Below, piece after piece: positions 41,726 through 50,216 of a stretch of DNA of 64,000 nt. The DNA comes from Candidatus Thermosaccharophagus tengchongensis (lineage in GTDB: Bacteria > Armatimonadota > Fervidibacteria > Fervidibacterales > Thermosaccharophagaceae): NCBI GenBank assembly GCA_032161105.1, contig JAVHTD010000001.1; one strand, 5' to 3'. Made by a program: the position numbers and the translations under genes. Positions within the stretch are counted from its first letter, which is position 1, and each line of letters begins with the position of its first letter. The notes beneath the pieces are model-generated. The model saw nothing but the letters and a program-made list of their open reading frames with translations, was not told the origin of the DNA and searched no databases.

Positions 41726-42880
41726 ATGACAGGTTCACATCGGGCGAAGCGGGATTATTACGAAGTCCTCGGAGTCCCGAGGAACGCGACCGAAAAGGAG
41801 ATCAAGCAGGCTTACAGGAGGCTCGCAAGGAAGTATCACCCGGACTTGAACCCCGGCGATAAGGAAGCCGAAGAGAAGTTCAAGGAGATAAACGAAGCCT
41901 ATTGGGTGCTCAGCGACCCTGAGAGGAGAAAGCTGTATGACCAATACGGGCATGCATGGCGTGACATCCATGCCGGAAGACAGGCTGGTGCTCAATGGAG
42001 CGAAGCCTATTCTGGCTCACCACAGGATTTCCAATTCAACTTCAGCGACCTGTTTGGCAACTTTGGGGATGTGTTTGACTTCTTCTTCGGCGGCGGACGA
42101 ACAGCCACAAAGGAGAGGGTTCGCACAAGGGCACAACGCGGACAGGACATTGAGCACGAGATTGAGATATCGCTTGAGGATGCTGTTTATGGGACCACAA
42201 GGGCGGTGACCATCACATTTGATGATGTTTGTGGGGCGTGCAGCGGGCAGGGTGGCATGAGGGGCACTTGCCCGAGTTGTGGCGGGACAGGTGTTGCCGA
42301 TTACAATCGCGGTTGGTTCAGCATTGGTGCACCATGCCAGAAGTGCCGCGGCAGCGGCACCATTATCACATCATCATGCGCAAGCTGTGGCGGCACCGGC
42401 AAACAGCGGGTGACTCGCTCGGCTGAAGTGCGCATACCTCCCGGAGTCGCTGACGGAAGCAAATTGAGGTTAGCTGGGCAAGGCGGCAGCGGTGTGTTTG
42501 GTGGGCAACCCGGCGACCTGTATCTCGTTGTCAGGATAAAGCCGCACCCATTCTTTGAGAGGCGCGGCGACGACCTTTACATTGAAGTGCCCATAACTGT
42601 TGTGGAAGCGGTCTTGGGGGCTGAGATTGAGGTCCCAACGAAGGATGGTCCGGTTAAGATGCGCATACCTCCGGGAACGAACAGCGGGCAGGTTTTCAGG
42701 CTGCGCGGGATGGGCGTGCCGCACCTGAAAGGGGGCGGGAGCGGCGATCAGTATGTGCGTGTGAAGATTGTTGTCCCGAAGAACTTGACTCAGCGGCAAA
42801 GGGAGCTGTTTGAGGAACTCGCGAGGGTAATGGATGACAACCCAAGGGCTTCAATGCCGAAGAGTTTGCGGAGCAGGTGA
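41726..42880 (+). CDS. dnaJ: Chaperone DnaJ (J domain, G/F region, four CxxCxGxG repeats)
   Basis: [43 protein letters not shown]. Confidence 0.96.
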   Translation: MTGSHRAKRDYYEVLGVPRNATEKEIKQAYRRLARKYHPDLNPGDKEAEEKFKEINEAYWVLSDPERRKLYDQYGHAWRDIHAGRQAGAQWSEAYSGSPQDFQFNFSDLFGNFGDVFDFFFGGGRTATKERVRTRAQRGQDIEHEIEISLEDAVYGTTRAVTITFDDVCGACSGQGGMRGTCPSCGGTGVADYNRGWFSIGAPCQKCRGSGTIITSSCASCGGTGKQRVTRSAEVRIPPGVADGSKLRLAGQGGSGVFGGQPGDLYLVVRIKPHPFFERRGDDLYIEVPITVVEAVLGAEIEVPTKDGPVKMRIPPGTNSGQVFRLRGMGVPHLKGGGSGDQYVRVKIVVPKNLTQRQRELFEELARVMDDNPRASMPKSLRSR

Positions 42881-42927
42881 TGAGCTTGATTGCGCCTCAT
42901 AGCCGTTTCTTTTGAGAGGTGAGTTGA

Positions 42928-43476
42928 GTGTCGGGCAAGCAAACACATTCAAGCCGGAAAGAGAGAGTGAGGCAAGATGGTGGTGAGCATGGCGAGAGGA
43001 AGCGCTTTTATGCGATCGGCGTTGCAGCGAAGATGCTCAACTTGCATCCGCAAACAATCAGGTTGTATGAACGGCTTGGGTTAATAAAGCCGAGGCGCGA
43101 TGCGCACGGAAAGCGGATGTATGACGATGAGGATATTGAGCGCATTCGCAGGATACAGCATCTCACTCAGCAGATGGGCGTCAACTTAGCCGGCGTTGAG
43201 ATCATCATCAGGTTGATGGAGCGCATAAGCGAACTTGAAAGGGAACTTGAGCAGCTCAAGGAGGGCGTTGAGGAGAAAGTTGAGCAGCGTGCGAAGGTGC
43301 TTGCACTACAACTTCTTGACTGGCTTCGCTATCAGGAGCACATCAAGGCTGGCGCGGCTTTGAAAATTCTCTCGGAAAACCCGCTTGTTAGAGCGGGGGA
43401 TTGGGAAGCGCTATTGGAGCTGTTTGATCAATTCATCGTGCATAAGCGATTTGGGAGTGAAATGCCGGAGGCTTAG
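42928..43476 (+). CDS. hspR: MerR-family heat-shock repressor HspR-like
   Basis: IGVAAKMLNLHPQTIRLYERLGLI, GVNLAGV; follows dnaJ. Confidence 0.85.
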   Translation: MSGKQTHSSRKERVRQDGGEHGERKRFYAIGVAAKMLNLHPQTIRLYERLGLIKPRRDAHGKRMYDDEDIERIRRIQHLTQQMGVNLAGVEIIIRLMERISELERELEQLKEGVEEKVEQRAKVLALQLLDWLRYQEHIKAGAALKILSENPLVRAGDWEALLELFDQFIVHKRFGSEMPEA

Positions 43477-43644
43477 GGCTTGAGTCAAGTGCGCATGAGG
43501 AAGCCGCTTTAAATCCCCGCGCGCCCTTACACCCCTTCAACGGGTTGCATTAGATGCATCGCCTAAGGAGCGTGGTGGCAACGAATGCTGTTCAATCCGT
43601 CGCTTGGGATGTGCGGGCAAAGTTGAGCTCCGAGGTGAGACGAT

Positions 43645-44844
43645 ATGAATGAGCATGTTGGGCAGTGCGCAAACTATGGTGGCAACATGCGCAGAGTCAA
43701 CATGAGGAATACATTAGCCGCTTGGTTTTGCGGCGTCGTGTGCGGTGCAGCTTTCGTGCTTTTTGGTGCTTGGCTAAATGAGCGCTTTGGCTTGCTGCAC
43801 AATGAGGGGCAATCAAAGCGTGCTCAGTTTGGTGAGCAAGTGGTTTCACCCTCACTGACATACAAGCCGGCGGTGAAGCAGCCGAACTTTTTGGTTGAGG
43901 CTGTGAAGAAAGTTGTGCCGGCTGTCGTTTGCATTCGCGGATACACGCGCTTAAAGCCGTTTGGAATCTTCAGCGAACTTGAGCGCACTCCAACTGAGCT
44001 CGCTTCCGGAATCATCTTTGATGGCAAGGGTGGCTACATTGTGACGAACCAACATGTCCTTGAGGGGAGTTCTCAATGGAGCGCACAGCTGATTGATGGC
44101 AGGCAATTCAAGCTGCAAAAGGTGGCTGAGGATAAAAGGGCAGACATCGCGCTGTTAAGGATGATCGGGGCAAGTTCGCTACCGCAGGCTTCGTTTAAGA
44201 GCTCAAAAGATGTTGAGGTCGGCTCTTGGGTGATTGCGATTGGCAACCCGTATGGTAAGACACACACAGTCACAGTCGGAATTGTCAGTGCCAAAGGGCG
44301 TGACATAAGGGATGGAGTCAGATTCATACCTGATGCCATACAGACCGATGCCCCAATCAACCCGGGTAATAGCGGTGGACCGTTGTGCGACATCACCGGC
44401 AATGTCATCGGGATAAACACCGCTATCAACCCTCAAGAGTGGGGCATCGGTTACGCCATATCTTCCGATTTTGCCCTCCAAGTGGTTGATAGCTTGCTTC
44501 GCAAGCGCAAGGTAAGTCGCCCTTGGCTCGGAATTGAGTATGTGATGCTGAGCGAGCATGAAAGGCAGCAGCTCGGGATCAGGTGTGAAAGGGCACTCAT
44601 GGTTAAGAGGGTGCAAGCCGGGAGCAGCGCTCACAGGGCTGGCATAGTGAGCGGTGACATCATCGTTGCGATTGATGGGAGGGAGGTTGAAGACATGCTC
44701 CATTTAAAGCGCGCCGTATCAAGTGCTGGTGTGGGCGGCTCAGTCAAACTGCGATTATTCCGCAATGGACGCTACTTGGACATAACGGTGAAGATTAGGG
44801 AGATGCAATTGGAGCGCATCTCCGATGAGAGCAGTTGGAGGTGA
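43645..44844 (+). CDS. HtrA-family serine protease, one PDZ domain
   Basis: ASGII, TNQHV, DIAL, IQTDAPINPGNSGGPL, RPWLGI; N-terminal TM. Confidence 0.92.
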   Translation: MNEHVGQCANYGGNMRRVNMRNTLAAWFCGVVCGAAFVLFGAWLNERFGLLHNEGQSKRAQFGEQVVSPSLTYKPAVKQPNFLVEAVKKVVPAVVCIRGYTRLKPFGIFSELERTPTELASGIIFDGKGGYIVTNQHVLEGSSQWSAQLIDGRQFKLQKVAEDKRADIALLRMIGASSLPQASFKSSKDVEVGSWVIAIGNPYGKTHTVTVGIVSAKGRDIRDGVRFIPDAIQTDAPINPGNSGGPLCDITGNVIGINTAINPQEWGIGYAISSDFALQVVDSLLRKRKVSRPWLGIEYVMLSEHERQQLGIRCERALMVKRVQAGSSAHRAGIVSGDIIVAIDGREVEDMLHLKRAVSSAGVGGSVKLRLFRNGRYLDITVKIREMQLERISDESSWR

Positions 44845-44847
44845 TGG

Positions 44848-47457
44848 ATGATGGAACTTGGCATGAACAAGTTCACAGTGAAGGCGCAGGAGGCATTGCA
44901 AGGCGCATATCAGCTCGCTCAATCATACGGGCATGTTGAGATTGAGCCAGAGCACCTTCTCCTTGCAATGCTGCAAGCGCGTGATTCAACGCCGGTTAAA
45001 GTGCTTGAGAAGGTTGGCGTCCCAATTGAGCGCCTTGAAAACGCTTTGAGAAATGAGCTGTCACGCCGGCCGAGAGTTAGCGGCACAACTTCAATTTATG
45101 TCAGCCAGAGGTTGCTTAACCTTCTCAGAAACGCCGAAATTGAGATGCGCGACATGCAAGACCATTACATCTCAACTGAGCATCTCCTTTTGGCGCTCTC
45201 AGCTGATTCAAGCGCGGCTGGCAAGCTGCTGAATCAGTTTGGTGCAACGCATGCAGCGCTTGTTCAAGCAGTGAGGGCAATACGAGGTCCGCATCGTGTC
45301 CTTGACCAACATGCCGAGGAGCAATATCAAGCATTGGAGCGCTTCGGGCGCAACTTGACTGAGTTGGCGAGGAAGGGCAAGCTTGATCCAGTCATTGGGC
45401 GAGATGAGGAAATAAGGCGAGTCATGCATGTCCTGTCAAGGCGGACGAAGAACAACCCCGTGTTGATTGGCGAACCCGGTGTTGGCAAGACGGCAATAGT
45501 TGAGGGGCTTGCGCAACGAATCGCAAATGGCGATGTCCCAGAGTCGCTCAGGGATAAGGAGATAGTCCAACTTGACATTGCCGGGTTGCTTGCCGGAACG
45601 AAGTTTCGCGGTGAATTTGAAGAGCGCTTGAAAGCAGTGCTAAACGAGATAGTGAGCAGTGAAGGACGCATAATCGTCTTCATTGATGAACTGCACACGA
45701 TAGTCGGGGCTGGCGCAGCCGAGGGCGCAATTGCTGCCGGGGATATGCTCAAGCCTCCTTTGGCTCGCGGTGAGCTGAGATGCATTGGAGCAACGACTGT
45801 TGATGAATATCGCAAGCACATTGAGAAGGATCCGGCACTTGAAAGGCGCTTCCAACCGATATATGTGGGTGAGCCATCCGTTGAAGACACGATTGCGATA
45901 CTTCGTGGGTTGAAGGAGAGATACGAAGTTCATCACGGTGTTCGGATCAAGGACAGTGCCCTCGTCGCTGCTGCTGTCCTATCGCATCGCTACATCACGG
46001 ACCGCTATTTGCCCGATAAAGCGATTGACCTCGTTGATGAAGCTGCAGCGAAGCTCCGCATGGAGATAGACTCCATGCCGACCGAAATTGACGAGCTTGA
46101 AAGGCGCATAAGGCAGCTTGAGATTGAGAGAGCTGTGTTGCTCAAGGAGACGGACGAGGAATCAAGCAAGCAGCTTCAAAAGATTGAAGCGCAAATTGCC
46201 GACCTGCGCGAGCGTGCCGACAGGCTGAAGGCACAGTGGATGCGTGAGAAGGAGATCATCAAGCGCATAAGGGAGATAAAGGAGAGAATTGAGCAGACAA
46301 GGTTTGAGATGGAGAGAGCCGAGAGGGAATACGACTTAAACAGGGCTGCTGAGTTGCGCTATGGCAGATTGATTGAGCTTCAACGCCAGCTTGAGGAGGC
46401 TGAGAGGGAGCTCGCAACGCTGCAAAGCGACGGCAGGCTGTTGAAGGAGGAGGTTGACGAAGAGGACATCGCTGAAGTGGTCAGCAAATGGACTGGCATA
46501 CCGGTGACAAAGCTGATGGAGAGCGAAACGCAAAAGCTCCTCAGGATAGAGGAGAGGTTGAGACTCAGGGTTGTTGGACAGGATCATGCAATTGAGGCAG
46601 TCGCAAATGCCGTAAGGAGAGCGAGGGCTGGTTTGCAAGACCCAAACAGACCGCTTGCGTCGTTCATCTTCATCGGACCAACCGGCGTTGGAAAAACGGA
46701 GCTTGCAAAGGCGCTTGCCGAATTCCTATTTGACGATGAGCGTGCGATGGTGCGCATTGACATGAGCGAGTATCAGGAGAAGCACACAGTCTCAAGGTTG
46801 ATTGGTGCTCCACCGGGCTATGTCGGATATGAGGAAGGCGGACAGCTAACCGAAGCAATTAGAAGGCGTCCGTATTCGGTCATACTGTTTGACGAGATTG
46901 AGAAGGCGCACCACGAAGTCTTCAATGTCCTCCTTCAGGTGCTTGATGACGGCAGATTGACGGATGGGCATGGGCGCACCGTTGACTTCAGAAACACGAT
47001 TATCATCATGACGAGCAATCTCGGCACAGAGGCAATCTACAGGACGAGGGATAGAGAGGCGCTTGAGCGCGAGATAAGAACAGCTTTGCAAGTTCACTTT
47101 CGCCCCGAGTTCTTGAACCGCATTGACGAGATCATCGTCTTCAACCCGCTCACGAAGGAAGTGATTAAGCAGATTGTGGACATGCAAACTGAGAGGCTAC
47201 AGCAAAGGCTCTCCGACAAGAGGATAAAACTTCGCCTGACAGATAGGGCGCGTTCACAGCTTGCCGAGGAGGGATACGACCCAACATTTGGCGCAAGACC
47301 GTTAAGGCGCACAATTGAGAGGCGAATAGCAAACCCACTCGCAAAGAAGATCATTGCCGGCGAGATTAAAGAGGGAAGTGAGGTGCTCGTTGATTACGAC
47401 GAAGCCATGGGCGAGTTTACATTCGCCGCCATTGAGCCAGTCCCACAGCCGGCTTAA
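44848..47457 (+). CDS. clpB: ATP-dependent disaggregase ClpB
   Basis: [16 protein letters not shown], long coiled-coil M domain, GAPPGYVGY. Confidence 0.98.
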   Translation: MMELGMNKFTVKAQEALQGAYQLAQSYGHVEIEPEHLLLAMLQARDSTPVKVLEKVGVPIERLENALRNELSRRPRVSGTTSIYVSQRLLNLLRNAEIEMRDMQDHYISTEHLLLALSADSSAAGKLLNQFGATHAALVQAVRAIRGPHRVLDQHAEEQYQALERFGRNLTELARKGKLDPVIGRDEEIRRVMHVLSRRTKNNPVLIGEPGVGKTAIVEGLAQRIANGDVPESLRDKEIVQLDIAGLLAGTKFRGEFEERLKAVLNEIVSSEGRIIVFIDELHTIVGAGAAEGAIAAGDMLKPPLARGELRCIGATTVDEYRKHIEKDPALERRFQPIYVGEPSVEDTIAILRGLKERYEVHHGVRIKDSALVAAAVLSHRYITDRYLPDKAIDLVDEAAAKLRMEIDSMPTEIDELERRIRQLEIERAVLLKETDEESSKQLQKIEAQIADLRERADRLKAQWMREKEIIKRIREIKERIEQTRFEMERAEREYDLNRAAELRYGRLIELQRQLEEAERELATLQSDGRLLKEEVDEEDIAEVVSKWTGIPVTKLMESETQKLLRIEERLRLRVVGQDHAIEAVANAVRRARAGLQDPNRPLASFIFIGPTGVGKTELAKALAEFLFDDERAMVRIDMSEYQEKHTVSRLIGAPPGYVGYEEGGQLTEAIRRRPYSVILFDEIEKAHHEVFNVLLQVLDDGRLTDGHGRTVDFRNTIIIMTSNLGTEAIYRTRDREALEREIRTALQVHFRPEFLNRIDEIIVFNPLTKEVIKQIVDMQTERLQQRLSDKRIKLRLTDRARSQLAEEGYDPTFGARPLRRTIERRIANPLAKKIIAGEIKEGSEVLVDYDEAMGEFTFAAIEPVPQPA

Positions 47458-47707
47458 AACTTGAGGGAGAAATTGCCTTGCGCCCATGAGCAACCAATTT
47501 TGTGCGACCAAACTCAGTGGCGTTCCATTAGCATCTCTTGCAGCTCATTCTCCGATTGCGATATAACCATGGTGTGACCAAACTCATATCTTGATGGAGT
47601 GTTGTCTGGATATACGATGGCAATGAGCAGCCTTGTGGGTTTGCGAAGGCACATTAACCAATGCTCTCATGTGCTTGCATTTGCAACCTTCAATGTGCGC
47701 CATTTGG

Positions 47708-47730
47708 TTGACAGCACATCGTGCTATAAT
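47708..47730 (+). promoter_or_regulatory. Extended -10 promoter with overlapping palindrome upstream of the prepilin-like gene
   Basis: TTGACAGCACATCGTGCTATAAT contains TGcTATAAT and the AGCAC-atc-GTGCT inverted repeat. Confidence 0.55.
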
Positions 47731-47864
47731 GGTATTGTGAAGCAAAGGAGCAGGGACTTTACTCAAGCAAGGGGGTGATGAATGGGTAGGGAATATGCAT
47801 TGAGTGTGAGAGTATGCGCATATGATGTGTCCAAGGAGGCATATAAAGTAAGGAGGGATGTGAC

Positions 47865-48563
47865 ATGAAGCGATGGATGAAGGAAGGTTTTACATTGATT
47901 GAGCTGCTTGTGGTGATAGCGATAATCGCGATTCTGGCGGCAATTCTGTTCCCGGTGTTCGCCAGGGCGCGAGAGAAGGCTCGTTCATCAAGTTGTCAGA
48001 GCAACTTGAAGCAGATCGGACTGGCATTCCACCAATATATGACTGACTACGACGAACGGATGCCAGGGAGTTGGTTTGATGTAAACGGCAGTGGGTCTCT
48101 GGATCAAGGCGATTACACATGGCGTGTTGCCATTCAACCTTACATTAAGAATCGCCAGATCTTTGTGTGCCCATCAGACCCAACACGAAATGCATTTTCC
48201 CAAGTGTATGATCCATCGACTGATTATAGTGATATTGCCCCGAGCGGTGCAGCGTATACGGCAGGTTATGGGATGAACACAGTCCATTGGGCGTCGGGTC
48301 CGCCAACACCACCATTTTGGCAACCTGATTCCGCCATCGTTGACCCCGCTGGCACAGTGCTTGTCGCCGATAGCACAGGCTTTGAAATTTCTTACCAGTC
48401 CAATGCTCATGGCTACTTGAGATCAGGAGCGGGGGAGACTCGCCACCTTGAGGGAGCTAATTATCTTTTCTGTGATGGACATGTGAAGTGGCTAAAACCA
48501 ACAAATGTCTCATGCTCAGCCTCACCATCAAAGTGCATGTGGAGCATTGAGGACCCAGGGTAA
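47865..48563 (+). CDS. Prepilin-type N-terminal cleavage/methylation protein with DUF1559 and H-X9-DG C-terminal motif
   Basis: [65 protein letters not shown]. Confidence 0.93.
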   Translation: MKRWMKEGFTLIELLVVIAIIAILAAILFPVFARAREKARSSSCQSNLKQIGLAFHQYMTDYDERMPGSWFDVNGSGSLDQGDYTWRVAIQPYIKNRQIFVCPSDPTRNAFSQVYDPSTDYSDIAPSGAAYTAGYGMNTVHWASGPPTPPFWQPDSAIVDPAGTVLVADSTGFEISYQSNAHGYLRSGAGETRHLEGANYLFCDGHVKWLKPTNVSCSASPSKCMWSIEDPG

Positions 48564-48579
48564 GGTTGGATAAAGCAGT

Positions 48580-48607
48580 TTGGGGCAGGGTATTTACCCT
48601 GCCCCAA
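48580..48607. terminator. Perfect 13-bp inverted repeat after the prepilin-like gene
   Basis: TTGGGGCAGGGTA-TT-TACCCTGCCCCAA. Confidence 0.65.
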
Positions 48608-48643
48608 GGAGTTACAGGGCGCTGTTTTTGAGTGGACGAGGAC

Positions 48644-48763
48644 ATGGGTGGATATGTTCGAAGGAGAGCAGACGGGCATGTGAAGTGGTATAGTGCAGAA
48701 ACAATTGCTGCGCAGTGGGGAAAGGAGATTCGTCCAGGACCATGCTGCACTACTCCGCCATAG
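48644..48763 (+). pseudogene. Orphan C-terminal fragment of a second H-X9-DG protein (39-aa mini-ORF)
   Basis: MGGYVRRRADGHVKWYSAETIAAQWGKEIRPGPCCTTPP*; too short for the ORF track. Confidence 0.6.
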
Positions 48764-48960
48764 TTTCAGATGTCCAGAGTAGCTGATGACAATCCACTCG
48801 CAAATATCCCTTTCAATCTGTAGGGGTGTTTAATGTTGTTCCGTGTTGATGGAAGTAGTTTCTGTTGTCAGAAGAGGCAAAGGGCAGTGGCGAGATTGTC
48901 GTTGATTACGAATTAAGTGGAGATAACACTGTGACCGTGTATGTGTATATCGGTGTAAGG

Positions 48961-50058
48961 TTATTTCGCTTTCATGCCGATGCCATCAACGCATATTGTG
49001 GCAGGCTCGCCGATATTTCCCTTGACCTCAAATTTGACCGGCATGAAGTGCTCAATCACCCACATGTTTGTGTGGGCGTGCATTGTTAGTTTTTCGGTCC
49101 GAATGCACGAGCGCCCGTCAGCCAAAGCCATGTAAAGCACAAGTTGGTCACATAGCCTCGCATCAATTGGGGCACCGCTCTGCAGATACGATGTGAGCTC
49201 ATCGGCGGCTTCATCTGCGACCCTCTCAGCTGGCTTCCCAATTTCGCCGAGCGATGAGAAGCCAGCGATAGCGTTTTCAAATTCGGCGAGCAGGAAGAGC
49301 ATCGTCCCTTGTCCGATTGATGGCAGCTCAACAATTTCAATCTTAATCGAGCCTTTTGGTATGCCCAACTCAACCAGCCGTTTGAACGCTTGGTTGGCTT
49401 GTCTCTCTGCGATTGAGCGCTTTAGGTTTGATATGGCGCTGACGATTGTGACTTGTCTCATATTGCCCCGCTCAACAATTTCAATCGGCGAAATGGATTG
49501 AACTGGTATCACCTCACAACGCGCTTCACCACCACCCTTTGGATACCATCCGGCTCGCTTAACTTCAAACGATGCTGATGCGCCCATGAGAGTCAGCGTT
49601 GGTAGGAACACGCGTTGGATGTATTCCGCTGGCGGGCTCATTGGGACATGCGTCCCACCGCGAATGATGCGCAGTGTTGATTTCCGTTCGGCAAAGAAGA
49701 GGGCTGGAAGGGCTGTTTGGAAGATGAGCGTCATTGAGCCGGCGCTCGGTCTATCCTCGGAAACATCAAATGTGAAGTCGCCACCGCGCAATCCCTTCGG
49801 GACGAAGGAAAGCACCATGCTATCAACTTGTGCGCCTTTGACTTCGGCACCAGAGATTGCCTGTGCCACTTTAACACCGGTCAGATGCTGTGGGCGAAGC
49901 CCGGGACGGCTTCTTCCAGCCCTTATGCGTTCAATGCGCACTGGCTTTTGAGTCAAAGCTGATAGCGCCAAGCTTGTGCGAAGTATTTGACCGCCACCCT
50001 CGCCGTAGGAACCATCAATGGTAACGAAGCCATTGTTAACATCTGAGCGCTCAGCCAT
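48961..50058 (-). CDS. rtcA: RNA 3'-terminal phosphate cyclase
   Basis: IDGSYGEGGGQILRT, RPGLRPQH, GGTHV, GWYPKGGG, DQL, TMHAHTN. Confidence 0.96.
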   Translation of the reverse strand: MAERSDVNNGFVTIDGSYGEGGGQILRTSLALSALTQKPVRIERIRAGRSRPGLRPQHLTGVKVAQAISGAEVKGAQVDSMVLSFVPKGLRGGDFTFDVSEDRPSAGSMTLIFQTALPALFFAERKSTLRIIRGGTHVPMSPPAEYIQRVFLPTLTLMGASASFEVKRAGWYPKGGGEARCEVIPVQSISPIEIVERGNMRQVTIVSAISNLKRSIAERQANQAFKRLVELGIPKGSIKIEIVELPSIGQGTMLFLLAEFENAIAGFSSLGEIGKPAERVADEAADELTSYLQSGAPIDARLCDQLVLYMALADGRSCIRTEKLTMHAHTNMWVIEHFMPVKFEVKGNIGEPATICVDGIGMKAK

Positions 50059-50161
50059 ATCACATCACCCTATGCGCTGCAGGCATGATGAGGCATTTGC
50101 GCAATGTTCGTATACCCATTGAGCTTCAAGGTTAGCTCATCCAAATCGCATCTCGGATATG

Positions 50162-50170
50162 TGCTATAAT
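50162..50170 (+). promoter_or_regulatory. Extended -10 promoter
   Basis: TGcTATAAT about 47 nt upstream of the ORF at 50217. Confidence 0.5.
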
Positions 50171-50216
50171 TACTTTGACGAAGCTCGTTGGAGATAGCAC
50201 GGTGGGGTGATGTGGG

